The notes beneath the pieces are model-generated. The model saw only the letters and a program-made list of their open reading frames with translations, had not been told where the DNA came from and did not search any database. Shown here one piece after another: positions 1 through 15,000 of a stretch of DNA of 64,000 bases. The stretch is from Squalus acanthias (lineage: Eukaryota): assembly GCA_030390025.1 (NCBI GenBank), contig JASTWF010000336.1, positions 1 through 64,000 on the forward strand, written 5' to 3'. A program made the translations under genes and the position numbers. Position 1 is the first letter of the stretch; each line of letters starts with the position of its first letter.

Positions 1-3000
1 CACTGGACAGTGATCAGGAGGAGCAGGAACCCTGGCTGATTTCCCTCTCTCTCTAACCCAGGGTCACTGGACAGTGATCAGGAGCAGGAACCCTGGCTGA
101 TTTCCCCTCTCTCTCTAACCCAGGGTCACTGGACAGTGATCAGGAGCAGGAACCCTGGCTGATTTCCCCTCTCTCTAACCCAGGGGTCACTGGACAGTGA
201 TCAGGAGCAGGAACCCTGGCTGATTTCCCCTCTCTCTCTCTAACCCAGGGGTCACTGGACAGTGATCAGGAGCAGGAACCCTGGCTGATTTCCCTCTCTC
301 TCTAACCCAGGGGTCACTGGACAGTGATCAGGAGCAGGAACCCTGGCTGATTTCCTCTCACTCTAACCCAGGGTCACTGGACAGTGATCAGGAGCAGGAA
401 CCCTGGCTGATTTCCCCCTCTCTCTAACCCAGGGTCACTGGACAGTGATCAGGAGCAGGAAACCCTGGCTGATTTCCCCTCATCTCTAACCCAGGGGTCA
501 CTGAGTGATCAGGAGCAGGAACCCTGGCTGATTTCCCCATCTCTAACCCAGGGGTCACTGGACAGTGATCAGGAGCAGGAACCCTGGCTGATTTCCCCCA
601 TCTCTAACCCAGGGGTCACTGGACAGTGATCAGGAGCAGGACCCTGGCTGATTTCCCCCTCTCTCTAACCCAGGGTCACTGGACAGTGATCAGGAGCAGG
701 AACCCTGGCTGATTTCCCCCTCTCTCTAACCCAGGGTCACTGACAGTGATCAGGAGCAGGAACCCTGGCTGATTTCCTCCTCTCTCTAACCCAGGGGTCA
801 CTGGACAGTGATCAGGAGCAGGAACCCTGGCTGATTTCCCTCTCTCTCTAACCCAGGGGTCACTGACAGTGATCAGGAGCAGGAACCCTGGCTGATTTCC
901 CCCCTCTCTCTAACCCAGGGGTCACTGGACAGTGATCAGGAGCAGGAACCCTGGCTGATTTCCCCTCTCTCCTAACCCAGGGGTCACTGGACAGTGATCA
1001 GGAGCAGGAACCCTGGCTGATTTCCCCTCTCTCTAACCCAGGGTCACTGGACAGTGATCAGGAGCAGGAACCCTGGCTGATTTCCCTCTCTCTAACCCAG
1101 GGGTCACTGGACAGTGATCAGGAGCAGGAACCCTGGCTGATTCCCCCCTCTCTCTAACCCAGGGGTCACTGGACAGTGATCAGGAGCAGGAACCCTGGCT
1201 GATTTCCCCTCTCTCTCTAACCCAGGGTCACTGGACAGTGATCAGGAGCAGGAACCCTGGCTGATTTCCCCTCTCTCTAAACCAGGGGTCACTGGACAGT
1301 GATCAGGAGCAGGAACCCTGGCTGATTTCCCCTCTCTCTCTAACCCAGGGGTCACTGGACAGTGATCAGGAGCAGAACCCTGGCTGATTTCCCCTCTCTC
1401 TTAACCCAGGGGTCACTGGACAGTGATCAGGAGCAGGAACCCTGGCTGATTTCCCCTCTCTCTCTAACCCAGGGGTCACTGGACAGTGATCAGGAGCAGG
1501 AACCCTGGCTGATTTCCCCTCTCTCTCTAACCCAGGGTCACTGGACAGTGATCAGGAGCAGGAACCCTGGCTGATTTCCCCCTCTCTCTAACCCAGGGGT
1601 CACTGGACAGTGATCAGGAGCAGGAACCCTGGCTGATTTCCCTCTCTCTAACCCAGGGTCACTGGACAGTGATCAGGAGCAGAACCCTGCTGATTTCCCC
1701 CCTCTCTCTAACCCAGGGGTCACTGACAGTGATCAGGAGCAGGAACCCTGGCTGATTTCCCCTCTCTCTAACCCAGGGTCACTGGACAGTGATCAGGAGC
1801 AGGAACCCTGGCTGATTTCCCCTCTCTCTAACCCAGGAGTCACTGGACAGTGATCAGAGCAGGAACCCTGGCTGATTTCCCCTCTCTCTAACCCAGGGGT
1901 CACTGGACAGTGATCAGGAGCAGGAACCCTGGCTGATTTCCCCTCTCTCTAACCCAGGGGTCACTGACAGTGATCAGGAGCAGGAACCCTGGCTGATTTC
2001 CCCCCTCTCTCTAACCCAGGGGTCACTGGACAGTGATCAGGAGCAGGAACCCTGGCTGATTTCCCCTCTCTCTAACCCAGGGTCACTGGACAGTGATCAG
2101 GAGCAGGAACCCTGGCTGATTTCCCCTCTCTCTCTAACCCAGGGGTCACTGGACAGTGATCAGGAGCAGGAACCCTGGCTGATTTCCCCTCTCTCTCTAA
2201 CCCAGGGTCACTGGACAGTGATCAGGAGCAGGAACCCTGGCTGATTTCCCCCCTCTCTCTCTAACCCAGGGGTCACTGGACAGTGATCAGGAGCAGGAAC
2301 CCTGGCTGATTTCCCTCTCTCTCTAACCCAGGGTCACTGGACAGTGATCAGGAGCAGGAACCCTGGCTGATTTCCTCCTCTCTCTCTAACCCAGGGGTCA
2401 CTGGACAGTGATCAGGAGCAGGAACCCTGCTGATTTCCCCTCTCTCTAACCCAGGGTCACTGGACAGTGATCAGGAGCAGGAACCCTGGCTGATTTCCCC
2501 TCTCTCTCTAACCCAGGGTTCACTGGACAGTGATCAGGAGCAGGAACCCTGGCTGATTTCCCCCTCTCTCTAACCCAGGGTCACTGGACAGTGATCAGGA
2601 GCAGGAACCCTGGCTGATTTCCCCTCTCTCTAACCCAGGGTCACTGGACAGTGATCAGGAGCAGGAACCCTGGCTGATTTCCCCTCTCTCTAACCCAGGG
2701 TCACTGGACAGTGATCAGGAGCAGGAACCCTGGCTGATTTCCCCTCTCTCTAACCCAGGGGTCACTGGACAGTGATCAGGAGCAGGAACCCTGGCTGATT
2801 TCCCCTCTCTCTCTAACCCAGGGTCACTGGACAGTGATCAGGAGCAGGAACCCTGGCTGATTTCCCCCTCTCTCTAACCCAGGGTCACTGGACAGTGATC
2901 AGGAGCAGGAACCCTGGCTGATTTCCCCTCTCTCTAACCCAGGGTCACTGGACAGTGATCAGGAGCAGGAACCCTGGCTGATTTCCCCTCTCTCTAACCC

Positions 3001-6000
3001 AGGGGTCACTGGACAGTGATCAGGAGCAGGAACCCTGGCTGATTTCCCCTCTCTCTAACCCAGGGGACAGGGACAGTGATCAGGAGCAGGAACCCTGGCT
3101 GATTTCCCCTCCTCTAACCCAGGTCACTGGACAGTGATCAGGAGCAGGAACCCTGGCTGATTTCCCCTCTCTCTCTCTAACCCAGGGGTCACTGGACAGT
3201 GATCAGGAGCAGGAACCCTGGCTGATTTCCCTCTCTACTAACCCAGGGGTCACTGGACAGTGATCAGGAGCAGAACCCTGGCTGATTTCCCCTTCTCTCT
3301 CTCAAACCCAGGTCACTGGACAGTGATCAGGAGCAGGAACCCTGGCTGATTTCCCCCTCTCTCTAACCCAGGGTCACTGGACAGTGATCAGGAGCAGGAA
3401 CCCTGGCTGATTTCCCCCTCTCTCTCTAACCCAGGGGTCACTGGACAGTGATCAGGAGCAGGAACCCTGGCTGATTTCCCCTCTCTCTAACCCAGGGTCA
3501 CTGACAGTGATCAGAGCAGGAACCCTGGCTGATTTCCCCCTCTCTCTCTAACCCAGGGTCACTGGACAGTGATCAGGAGCAGGAACCCTGGCTGATTTCC
3601 CCCTCTCTCTAACCCAGGTCACTGGACAGTGATCAGGAGCAGGAACCCTGGCTGATTTCCCCCTCTTCTAACCCAGGGATCACTGGACAGTGATCAGGAG
3701 CAGGAACCCTGGCTGATTTCCCCTCTCTCTCTAACCCAGGGTCACTGGACAGTGATCAGGAGCAGGAACCCTGGCTGATTTCCCCTCTCTCTAACCCAGG
3801 GTCACTGGACAGTGATCAGGAGCAGGAACCCTGGCTGATTTCCCCTCTCTCTAACCCAGGGTCACTGGACAGTGATCAGGAGCAGGAACCCTGGCTGATT
3901 TCCCCTCTCTCTCTAACCCAGGGGTCACTGGACAGTGATCAGGAGCAGGAACCCTGGCTGATTTCCCCCTCTCTCTCTAACCCAGGGGTCCTGGACAGTG
4001 ATCAGGAGCAGGAACCCTGGCTGATTTCCCCTCTCTCTCTAACCCAGGGTCACTGGACAGTGATCAGGAGCAGGAACCCTGGCTGATTTCCCCTCTCTCT
4101 CTAACCCAGGGGTCACTGGACAGTGATCAGGAGCAGGAACCCTGGCTGATTTCCTCCTCTCTAACCCAGGGTCACTGGACAGTGATCAGGAGCAGGAACC
4201 CTGGCTGATTTCCCCCTCTCTCTCTAACCCAGGGGTCACTGGACAGTGATCAGGAGCAGGAACCCTGGCTGATTTCCCCCTCTCTCTAACCCAGGGTCAC
4301 TGACAGTGATCAGGAGCAGGAACCCTGGCTGATTTCCCCTCTCTCTAACCCAGGGGTCACTGGACAGTGATCAGAGCAGGAACCCTGGCTGATTTCCCCC
4401 TCTCTCTAACCCAGGGGTCACTGGACAGTGATCAGGAGCAGGAACCCTGGCTGATTTCCCCTCTCTCTAACCCAGGGGTCACTGGACAGTGATCAGGCAG
4501 GAACCCTGGCTGATTTCCCCCTCTCTCTAACCCAGGGGTCACTGGACAGTGATCAGGAGCAGGAACCCTGGCTGATTTCCCTCTCTCTCTAACCCAGGGG
4601 TCACTGGACAGTGATCAGGAGCAGGAACCCTGGCTGATTTCCCCTCTCTCTCTACCCAGGGGTCACTGGACAGTGATCAGGAGCAGGAACCCTGGCTGAT
4701 TTCCCTCTCTCTAACCCAGGGGTCACTGGACAGTGATCAGGAGCAGGAACCCTGGCTGATTCCCTCTCTCTAACCCCAGGGTCACTGGACAGTGATCAGG
4801 AGCAGGAACCCTGGCTGATTTCCCCTCTCTCTCTAACCCAGGGTCACTGGACAGTGATCAGGAGCAGGAACCCTGGCTGATTTCCCTCTCTCTCTAACCC
4901 AGGGTCACTGACAGTGATCAGGAGCAGGAACCCTGGCTGATTTCCCCCTCTCTCTAACCCAGGGTCACTGGACAGTGATCAGGAGCAGGAACCCTGGCTG
5001 ATTTCCCCCCTCTCTCTAACCCAGGGGTCACTGGACAGTGATCAGGAGCAGGAACCCTGGCTGATTTCCCCTCTCTCTAACCCAGGGTCACTGGACAGTG
5101 ATCAGGAGCAGGAACCCTGGCTGATTTCCCCTCTCTCTCTAACCCAGGGTCACTGGACAGTGATCAGGAGCAGGAACCCTGGCTGATTTCCCCTCTCTCT
5201 AACCCAGGGGTCACTGGACAGTGATCAGGAGCAGGAACCCTGGCTGATTTCCCCCTCTCTCTAACCCAGGGGTCACTGGACAGTGATCAGGAGCAGGAAC
5301 CCTGGCTGATTTCCCCTCTCTCTCTAACCCAGGGGTCACTGGACAGTGATCAGGAGCAGGAACCCTGGCTGATTTCCCTCTCTCTAACCCAGGGGTCACT
5401 GGACAGTGATCAGGAGCAGGAACCCTGGCTGATTTCCCCTCTCTCTAACCCAGGGTCACTGGACAGTGATCAGGAGCAGGAACCCTGGCTGATTTCCCCT
5501 CTCTCTAACCCAGGGGTCACTGGACAGTGATCAGGAGCAGGAACCCTGGCTGATTTCCCCCTCTCTCTAACCCAGGGTCACTGGACAGTGATCAGGAGCA
5601 GGAACCCTGGCTGATTTCCCCCCTCTCTCTAACCCAGGGGTCACTGGACAGTGATCAGGAGCAGGAACCCTGGCTGATTTCCCCTCTCTCTCTAACCCAG
5701 GGGTCACTGGACAGTGATCAGGAGCAGGAACCCTGGCTGATTTCCCCTCTCTCTAACCCAGGGTCACTGGACAGTGATCAGGAGCAGGAACCCTGGCTGA
5801 TTTCCCCTCTCTCTAACCCAGGGTCACTGGACAGTGATCAGGAGCAGGAACCCTGGCTGATTTCCCCTCTCTCTCTAACCCAGGGGTCACTGGACAGTGA
5901 TCAGGAGCAGGAACCCTGGCTGATTTCCCCTCTCTCTAACCCAGGGGTCACTGGACAGTGATCAGGAGCAGGAACCCTGGCTGATTTCCCCTCTCTCTCT

Positions 6001-9000
6001 AACCCAGGGGTCACTGGACAGTGATCAGGAGCAGGAACCCTGGCTGATTTCCCCTCTCTCTCTAACCCAGGGGTCACTGGACAGTGATCAGGAGCAGGAA
6101 CCCTGGCTGATTTCCCCTCTCTCTCTAACCCAGGGGTCACTGGACAGTGATCAGGAGCAGGAACCCTGGCTGATTTCCCCTCTCTCTCTAACCCAGGGGT
6201 CACTGGACAGTGATCAGGAGCAGGAACCCTGGCTGATTTCCCCCTCTCTCTCTAACCCAGGAGTCACTGGACAGTGATCAGGAGCAGGAACCCTGGCTGA
6301 TTTCCCCTCTCTCTAACCCAGGGTCACTGGACAGTGATCAGGAGCAGGACCCTGGCTGATTTCCCCTCTCTCTCTAACCCAGGGGTCACTGGACAGTGAT
6401 CAGGAGCAGGAACCCTGGCTGATTTCCCCTCTCTCTCTAACCCAGGGTCACTGGACAGTGATCAGGAGCAGGAACCCTGGCTGATTTCCCCTCTCTCTAA
6501 CCCAGGGGTCACTGGACAGTGATCAGGAGCAGGAACCCTGGCTGATTTCCCCTCTCTCTCTAACCCAGGGGTCACTGGACAGTGATCAGGAGCAGGAACC
6601 CTGGCTGATTTCCCCTCTCTCTAACCCAGGGTCACTGGACAGTGATCAGGAGCAGGAACCCTGGCTGATTTCCCCTCTCTCTAACCCAGGGGTCACTGGA
6701 CAGTGATCAGGAGCAGGAACCCTGGCTGATTTCCCCTCTCTCTCTCTAACCCAGGGGTCACTGGACAGTGATCAGGAGCAGGAACCCTGGCTGATTTCCC
6801 TCTCTCTAACCCAGGGGTCACTGGACAGTGATCAGGAGCAGGAACCCTGGCTGATTTCCCCTCTCTCTCTAACCCAGGGGTCACTGGACAGTGATCAGGA
6901 GCAGGAACCCTGGCTGATTTCCCCCTCTCTCTAACCCAGGGGTCACTGGACAGTGATCAGGAGCAGGAACCCTGGCTGATTTCCCCCTCTCTCTAACCCA
7001 GGGGTCACTGGACAGTGATCAGGAGCAGGAACCCTGGCTGATTTCCTCTCTCTCTAACCCAGGGTCACTGGACAGTGATCAGGAGCAGGAACCCTGGCTG
7101 ATTTCCCCTCTCTCTAACCCAGGGTCACTGGACAGTGATCAGGAGCAGGAACCCTGGCTGATTTCCCCCCTCTCTAACCCAGGGGTCACTGGACAGTGAT
7201 CAGGAGCAGGAACCCTGGCTGATTTCCCCTCTCTCTAACCCAGGGGTCACTGGACAGTGATCAGGAGCAGGAACCCTGGCTGATTTCCCCTCTCTCTCTA
7301 ACCCAGGGTCACTGGACAGTGATCAGGAGCAGGAACCCTGGCTGATTTCCCCTCTCTCTCTAACCCAGGGTCACTGGACAGTGATCAGGAGCAGGAACCC
7401 TGGCTGATTTCCCCTCTCTCTCTAACCCAGGGTCACTGGACAGTGATCAGGAGCAGGAACCCTGGCTGATTTCCCCTCTCTCTCTAACCCAGGGTCACTG
7501 GACAGTGATCAGGAGCAGGAACCCTGGCTGATTTCCCCTCTCTCTCTAACCCAGGGTCACTGGACAGTGATCAGGAGCAGGAACCCTGGCTGATTTCCCC
7601 TCTCTCTCTAACCCAGGGGTCACTGGACAGTGATCAGGAGCAGGAACCCTGGCTGATTTCCCCTCTCTCTAACCCAGGGGTCACTGGACAGTGATCAGGA
7701 GCAGGAACCCTGGCTGATTTCCCCCTCTCTCTCTAACCCAGGGGTCACTGGACAGTGATCAGGAGCAGGAACCCTGGCTGATTTCCCCTCTCTCTCTAAC
7801 CCAGGGGTCACCTGGCATTGATCAGATGCAGGAACCCTTGGCTGATTTCCCCTCTCTCTCTAACCCAGGGTCACTGGACAGTGGATCAGGAGCAGGAACC
7901 CTGGCTGATTTCCACCTCTCTCTAACCAGGGGTCACTGGACAGTGATCAGGAGCAGGAACCCTGGCTGATTTCCTCCTCTCTCTAACCCAGGGATCACTG
8001 GACAGTGATCAGGAGCAGGAACCCTGGCTGATTTCCCCTCTCTCTAACCCAGGGGTCACTGGACAGTGATCAGGAGCAGGAACCCTGGCTGATTTCCCCT
8101 CTCTCTAACCCAGGGGTCACTGGACAGTGATCAGGAGCAGGAACCCTGGCTGATTTCCCCTCTCTCTAACCCAGGGGTCACTGGACAGTGATCAGGAGCA
8201 GGAACCCTGAGCTGATTTCCCCTCTCTCTCTAACCCAGGGGTCACTGGACAGTGATCAGGAGCAGGAACCCTGGCTGATTTCCCCTCTCTCTCTAACCCA
8301 GGGGTCACTGGACAGTGATCAGGAGCAGGAACCCTGGCTGATTTCCCCTCTCTCTCTAACCCAGGGGTCACTGGACAGTGATCAGGAGCAGGAACCCTGG
8401 CTGATTTCCCTCTCTCTCGAACCCAGGGGTCACTGGACAGTGATCAGGAGCAGGAACCCTGGCTGATTCCCCTCTCTCTCTAACCCAGGGGTCACTGGAC
8501 AGTGATCAGGAGCAGGAACCCTGGCTGATTTCCCCTCTCTCTAACCAGGGGTCACTGGACAGTGATCAGGAGCAGGAACCCTGGCTGATTCCCCCTCTCT
8601 CTAACCCAGGGTCACTGGACAGTGATCAGGAGCAGGAACCCTGGCTGATTACCCTCTCTCTCTAACCCAGGGGTCACTGGACAGTGATCAGGAGCAGGAA
8701 CCTGCTGATTTCCCCCTCTCTCTCTAACCCAGGGTCACTGACAGTGATCAGGAGCAGGAACCCTGGCTGATTCCCCCCTCTCTCTAACCCAGGGGTCTCT
8801 GGGACAGTGATCAGGAGCAGGAACCCTGGCTGATTTCCCCTCTCTCTAACCCCAGGGTCACGAGGACAGTGATCAGGAGCAGGAACCCTGGCTGATTTCC
8901 CCTTCTCTAACCCAGGGTCACTGGACAGTGATCAGGAGCAGGAACCTTGGCTGATTTCCCCTCTCTCTAACCCAGGAGGTCACTGGACAGTGATCAGGAG

Positions 9001-12000
9001 CAGGAACCCTGGCTGATTTCCCCTCTCTCTAACCAGGGGTCACTGGACAGTGATCAGGAGCAGGAACCTGGCTGATTTCCCCTCTCTCTAACCCAGGGTC
9101 ACTGGACAGTGATCAGGAGCAGGAACCCTGGCTGATTTCCCCTCTCTCTCTAACCCAGGGGTCACTGGACAGTGATCAGGAGCAGGAACCCTGGCTGATT
9201 TCCCCTCTCTCTCTAACCCAGGGGTCACTGGACAGTGATCAGGAGCAGGAACCCTGGCTGATTTCCCCTCTCTCTCTAACCCAGGGTCACTGGACAGTGA
9301 TCAGGAGCAGGAACCTGGCTGATTTCCCCTCTCTCTAACCCAGGGGTCACTGGACAGTGATCAGGAGCAGGAACCCTGGCTGATTTCCCCTCTCTCTCTA
9401 ACCCAGGGGTCACTGGACAGTGATCAGGAGCAGGAACCCTGGCTGATTTCCCCTCTCTCTCTAACCCAGGGGTCACTGACAGTGATCAGAGCAGGAACCC
9501 TGGCTGATTTCCCCCTCTCTCTAACCCAGGGTCACTGGACAGTGATCAGGAGCAGGAACCCTGGCTGATTTCCCCTCTCTCTCTAACCCAGGGGTCACTG
9601 GACAGTGATCAGGAGCAGGAACCCTGGCTGATTTCCCCTCTCTCTAACCCAGGGGTCACTGGACAGTGATCAGGAGCAGGAACCCTGGCTGATTTCCCCT
9701 CTCTCTAACCCAGGGGTCACTGGACAGTGATCAGGAGCAGGAACCCTGGCTGATTTCCCCCTCTCTCTAACCCAGGGGTCACTGGACAGTGATCAGGAGC
9801 AGGAACCCTGGCTGATTTCCACCTCTCTCTAACCCAGGGGTCACTGGACAGTGATCAGGAGCAGGAACCCTGGCTGATTTCCCCTCTCTCTAACCCAGGG
9901 ATCACTGGACAGTGATCAGGAGCAGGAACCCTGGCTGATTTCCCCCTCTCTCTCGAACCAGGGGTCACTGGACAGTGATCAGGAGCAGGAACCCTGGCTG
10001 ATTTCCCCCTCTCTCTAACCCAGGGGTCACTGGACAGTGATCAGGAGCAGGAACCCTGGCTGATTTCCCCCTCTCTCTAACCCAGGGTCACTGGACAGTG
10101 ATCAGGAGCAGGAACCCTGGCTGATTTCCCCTCTCTCTAACCCAGGGATCACTGGACAGTGATCAGGAGCAGGAACCCTGGCTGATTTCCCCTCTCTCTC
10201 TAACCCAGGGGTCACTGGACAGTGATCAGGAGCAGGAACCCTGGCTGATTTCCCCTCTCTCTAACCCAGGGTCACTGGACAGTGATCAGGAGCAGGAACC
10301 CTGGCTGATTTCCCCTCTCTCTCTAACCCAGGGGTCACTGGACAGTGATCAGGAGCAGGAACCCTGGCTGATTTCCCCCTCTCTCTAACCCAGGGGTCAC
10401 TGGACAGTGATCAGGAGCAGGAACCCTGGCTGATTTCCCCCTCTCTCTCTAACCCAGGGGTCACTGGACAGTGATCAGGAGCAGGAACCCTGGCTGATTA
10501 CCTCTCTCTCTCTAACCCAGGGGTCACTGGACAGTGATCAGGAGCAGGAACCCTGGCTGATTTCCCCCTCTCTCTCTAACCCAGGGGTCACTGGACAGTG
10601 ATCAGGAGCAGGAACCCTGGCTGATTTCCCCCTCTCTCTAACCCAGGGGTCACTGGACAGTGATCAGGAGCAGGAACCCTGGCTGATTCCCTCTCTCTCT
10701 AACCCAGGGTCACTGGACAGTGATCAGGAGCAGGAACCCTGGCTGATTTCCCCTCTCTCTCTAACCCAGGGGTCACTGGACAGTGATCAGGAGCAGGAAC
10801 CCTGGCTGATTTCCCCTCTCTCTAACCCAGGGGTCACTGGACAGTGATCAGGAGCAGGAACCCTGGCTGATTTCCCCTCTCTCTCTAACCCAGGGGTCAC
10901 TGGACAGTGATCAGGAGCAGGAACCCTGGCTGATTTCCCCTCTCTCTAACCCAGGGTCACTGGACAGTGATCAGGAGCAGGAACCCTGGCTGATTTCCCT
11001 CTCTCTCTAACCCAGGGGTCACTGGACAGTGATCAGGAGCAGGAACCCTGGCTGATTTCCCCTCTCTCTCTAACCCAGGGGTCACTGGACAGTGATCAGG
11101 AGCAGGAACCCTGGCTGATTTCCCCTCTCTCTAACCCAGGGGTCACTGGACAGTGATCAGGAGCAGGAACCCTGGCTGATTTCCCCTCTCTCTCTAACCC
11201 AGGGGTCACTGGACAGTGATCAGGAGCAGGAACCCTGGCTGATTTCCCCCTCTCTCTCTACCCAGGGGTCACTGGACAGTGATCAGGAGCAGGAACCTGG
11301 CTGATTTCCCCCTCTCTCTCTAACCCAGGGTCACTGGACAGTGATCAGGAGCAGGAACCCTGGCTGATTTCCCCTCTCTCTCTAACCCAGGGGTCACTGG
11401 ACAGTGATCAGGAGCAGGAACCCTGGCTGATTTCCCCTCTCTCTCTAACCCAGGGGTCACTGGACAGTGATCAAGGAGCAGGAACCCTGGCTGATTTCCC
11501 CTCTCTCTAACCCAGGGGTCACTGGACAGTGATCAGGAGCAGGAACCCTGGCTGATTTCCCTCTCTCTAACCCAGGGGTCACTGGACAGTGATCAGGAGC
11601 AGGAACCCTGGCTGATTTCCCCTCTCTCTAACCCAGGGGTCACTGGACAGTGATTCAGGAGCAGAACCCTGGCTGATTTCCCCTCTCTCTAACCCAGGGG
11701 TCACTGGACAGTGATCAGGAGCAGGAACCCTGGCTGATTTCCCCCTCTCTCTAACCCAGGGGTCACTGGACAGTGATCAGGAGCAGGAACCCTGGCTGAT
11801 TCCCCTCTCTCTAACCCAGGGTCACTGGACAGTGATCAGGAGCAGGATCCCTGGCTGATTTCCCTCTCTCTAACCCAGGGGTCACTGGACAGTGATCAGG
11901 GAGCAGGAACCCTGGCTGATTTCCCCTCTCTCTAACCCAAGGGTCACTGGACAGTGATCAGGAGCAGGAACCCTGGCTGATTTCCCCCCTCTCTCTAACC

Positions 12001-15000
12001 CAGGGGTCACTGGGACAGTGATCAGGAGCAGGAACCCTGGCTGATTTCCCATCTCTCTCTAACCCAGGGGTCACTGGACAGTGATCAGGAGCAGGAACCC
12101 TGGCTGATTTCCCCTCTCTCTCTAACCCATGGGGTCACTGGACAGTGATCAGGAGCAGGAACCCTGGCTGATTTCCCCTCTCTCTCTAACCCAGGGGTCA
12201 CTGGACAGTGATCAGGAGCAGGAACCCTGGCTGATTTCCCTCTCTCTCTAACCCAGGGGTCACTGGACAGTGATCAGGAGCAGGAACCCTGGCTGATTTC
12301 CCCTCTCTCTAACCCAGGGGTCACTGGACAGTGATCAGGAGCAGGAACCCTGGCTGATTTCCCCTCTCTCTAACCCAGGGGTCACTGGACAGTGATCAGG
12401 AGCAGGAACCCTGGCTGATTTCCCCTCTCTCTCTAACCCAGGGGTCACTGGACAGTGATCAGGAGCAGGAACCCTGGCTGATTTCCCTCTCTCTCTAACC
12501 CAGGGGTCACTGGACAGTGATCAGGAGCAGGAACCCTGGCTGATTTCCCTCTCTCTCTAACCCAGGGGTCACTGGACAGTGATCAGGAGCAGGAACCCTG
12601 GCTGATTTCCCCCTCTCTCTAACCCAGGGTCACTGGACAGTGATCAGGAGCAGGAACCCTGGCTGATTTCCCCTCTCTCTAACCCAGGGGTCACTGGACA
12701 GTGATCAGGAGCAGGAACCCTGGCTGATTTCCCCTCTCTCTCTAACCTCAGGGGTCACTGGACAGTGATCAGGAGCAGGAACCCTGGCTGATTTCCCCCT
12801 CTCTCTAACCCAGGGGTCACTGGACAGTGATCAGGAGCAGGAACCCTGGCTGATTTCCCCCTCTCTCTAACCCAGGGGTCACTGGACAGTGATCAGGAGC
12901 AGGAACCCTGGCTGATTTCCCCTCTCTCTCTAACCCAGGGTCACTGGACAGTGATCAGGAGCAGGAACCCTGGCTGATTTCCCCTCTCTCTAACCCAGGG
13001 GTCACTGGACAGTGATCAGGAGCAGGAACCCTGGCTGATTTCCCTCTCTCTCTAACCCAGGGTCACTGGACAGTGATCAGGAGCAGGAACCCTGGCTGAT
13101 TTCCCCTCTCTCTAACCCAGGGGTCACTGGACAGTGATCAGGAGCAGGAACCCTGGCTGATTTCCCCTCTCTCTAACCCAGGGGTCACTGGACAGTGATC
13201 AGGAGCAGGAACCCTGGCTGATTTCCCCCTCTCTCTAACCCAGGGGTCACTGGACAGTGATCAGGAGCAGGAACCCTGGCTGATTTCCCCTCTCTCTCTA
13301 ACCCAGGGGTCACTGGACAGTGATCAGGAGCAGGAACCCTGGCTGATTTCCCCTCTCTCTCTAACCCAGGGGTCACTGGACAGTGATCAGGAGCAGGAAC
13401 CCTGGCTGATTTCCCCTCTCTCTCTAACCCAGGGGTCACTGGACAGTGATCAGGAGCAGGAACCCTGGCTGATTTCCCCTCTCTCTCTAACCCAGGGTCA
13501 CTGGACAGTGATCAGGAGCAGGAACCCTGGCTGATTTCCCCCTCTCTCTAACCCAGGGTCACTGGACAGTGATCAGGAGCAGGAACCCTGGCTGATTTCC
13601 CCTCTCTCTCTAACCCAGGGGTCACTGGACAGTGATCAGGAGCAGGAACCCTGGCTGATTTCCCCTCTCTCTAACCCAGGGGTCACTGGACAGTGATCAG
13701 GAGCAGGAACCCTGGCTGATTTCCCCCTCTCTCTAACCCAGGGGTCACTGGACAGTGATCAGGAGCAGGAACCCTGGCTGATTTCCCCTCTCTCTAACCC
13801 AGGGGTCACTGGACAGTGATCAGGAGCAGGAACCCTGGCTGATTTCCCCTCTCTCTCTAACCCAGGGGTCACTGGACAGTGATCAGGAGCAGGAACCCTG
13901 GCTGATTTCCCCTCTCTCTCTAACCCAGGGTCACTGGACAGTGATCAGGAGCAGGAACCCTGGCTGATTTCCCCTCTCTCTAACCCAGGGGTCACTGGAC
14001 AGTGATCAGGAGCAGGAACCCTGGCTGATTTCCCCTCTCTCTCTAACCCAGGGGTCACTGGACAGTGATCAGGAGCAGGAACCCTGGCTGATTTCCCCCT
14101 CTCTCTAACCCAGGGGTCACTGGACAGTGATCAGGAGCAGGAACCCTGGCTGATTTCCCTCTCTCTCTAACCCAGGGGTCACTGGACAGTGATCAGGAGC
14201 AGGAACCCTGGCTGATTTCCCTCTCTCTCTAACCCAGGGGTCACTGGACAGTGATCAGGAGCAGGAACCCTGGCTGATTTCCCTCTCTCTCTAACCCAGG
14301 GGTCACTGGACAGTGATCAGGAGCAGGAACCCTGGCTGATTTCCCTCTCTCTCTAACCCAGGGGTCACTGGACAGTGATCAGGAGCAGGAACCCTGGCTG
14401 ATTTCCCCTCTCTCTAACCCAGGGGTCACTGGACAGTGATCAGGAGCAGGAACCCTGGCTGATTTCCCCTCTCTCTCTAACCCAGGGGTCACTGGACAGT
14501 GATCAGGAGCAGGAACCCTGGCTGATTTCCCCTCTCTCTAACCCAGGGTCACTGGACAGTGATCAGGAGCAGGAACCCTGGCTGATTTCCCCTCTCTCTA
14601 ACCCAGGGATCACTGGACAGTGATCAGGAGCAGGAACCCTGGCTGATTTCCCCTCTCTCTCTAACCCAGGGGTCACTGGACAGTGATCAGGAGCAGGAAC
14701 CCTGGCTGATTTCCCCTCTCTCTCTAACCCAGGGGTCACTGGACAGTGATCAGGAGCAGGAACCCTGGCTGATTTCCCCTCTCTCTCTAACCCAGGGGTC
14801 ACTGGACAGTGATCAGGAGCAGGAACCCTGGCTGATTTCCCCTCTCTCTCTAACCCAGGGGTCACTGGACAGTGATCAGGAGCAGGAACCCTGGCTGATT
14901 TCCCCTCTCTCTCTAACCCAGGGTCACTGGACAGTGATCAGGAGCAGGAACCCTGGCTGATTTCCCCTCTCTCTCTAACCCAGGGGTCACTGGACAGTGA

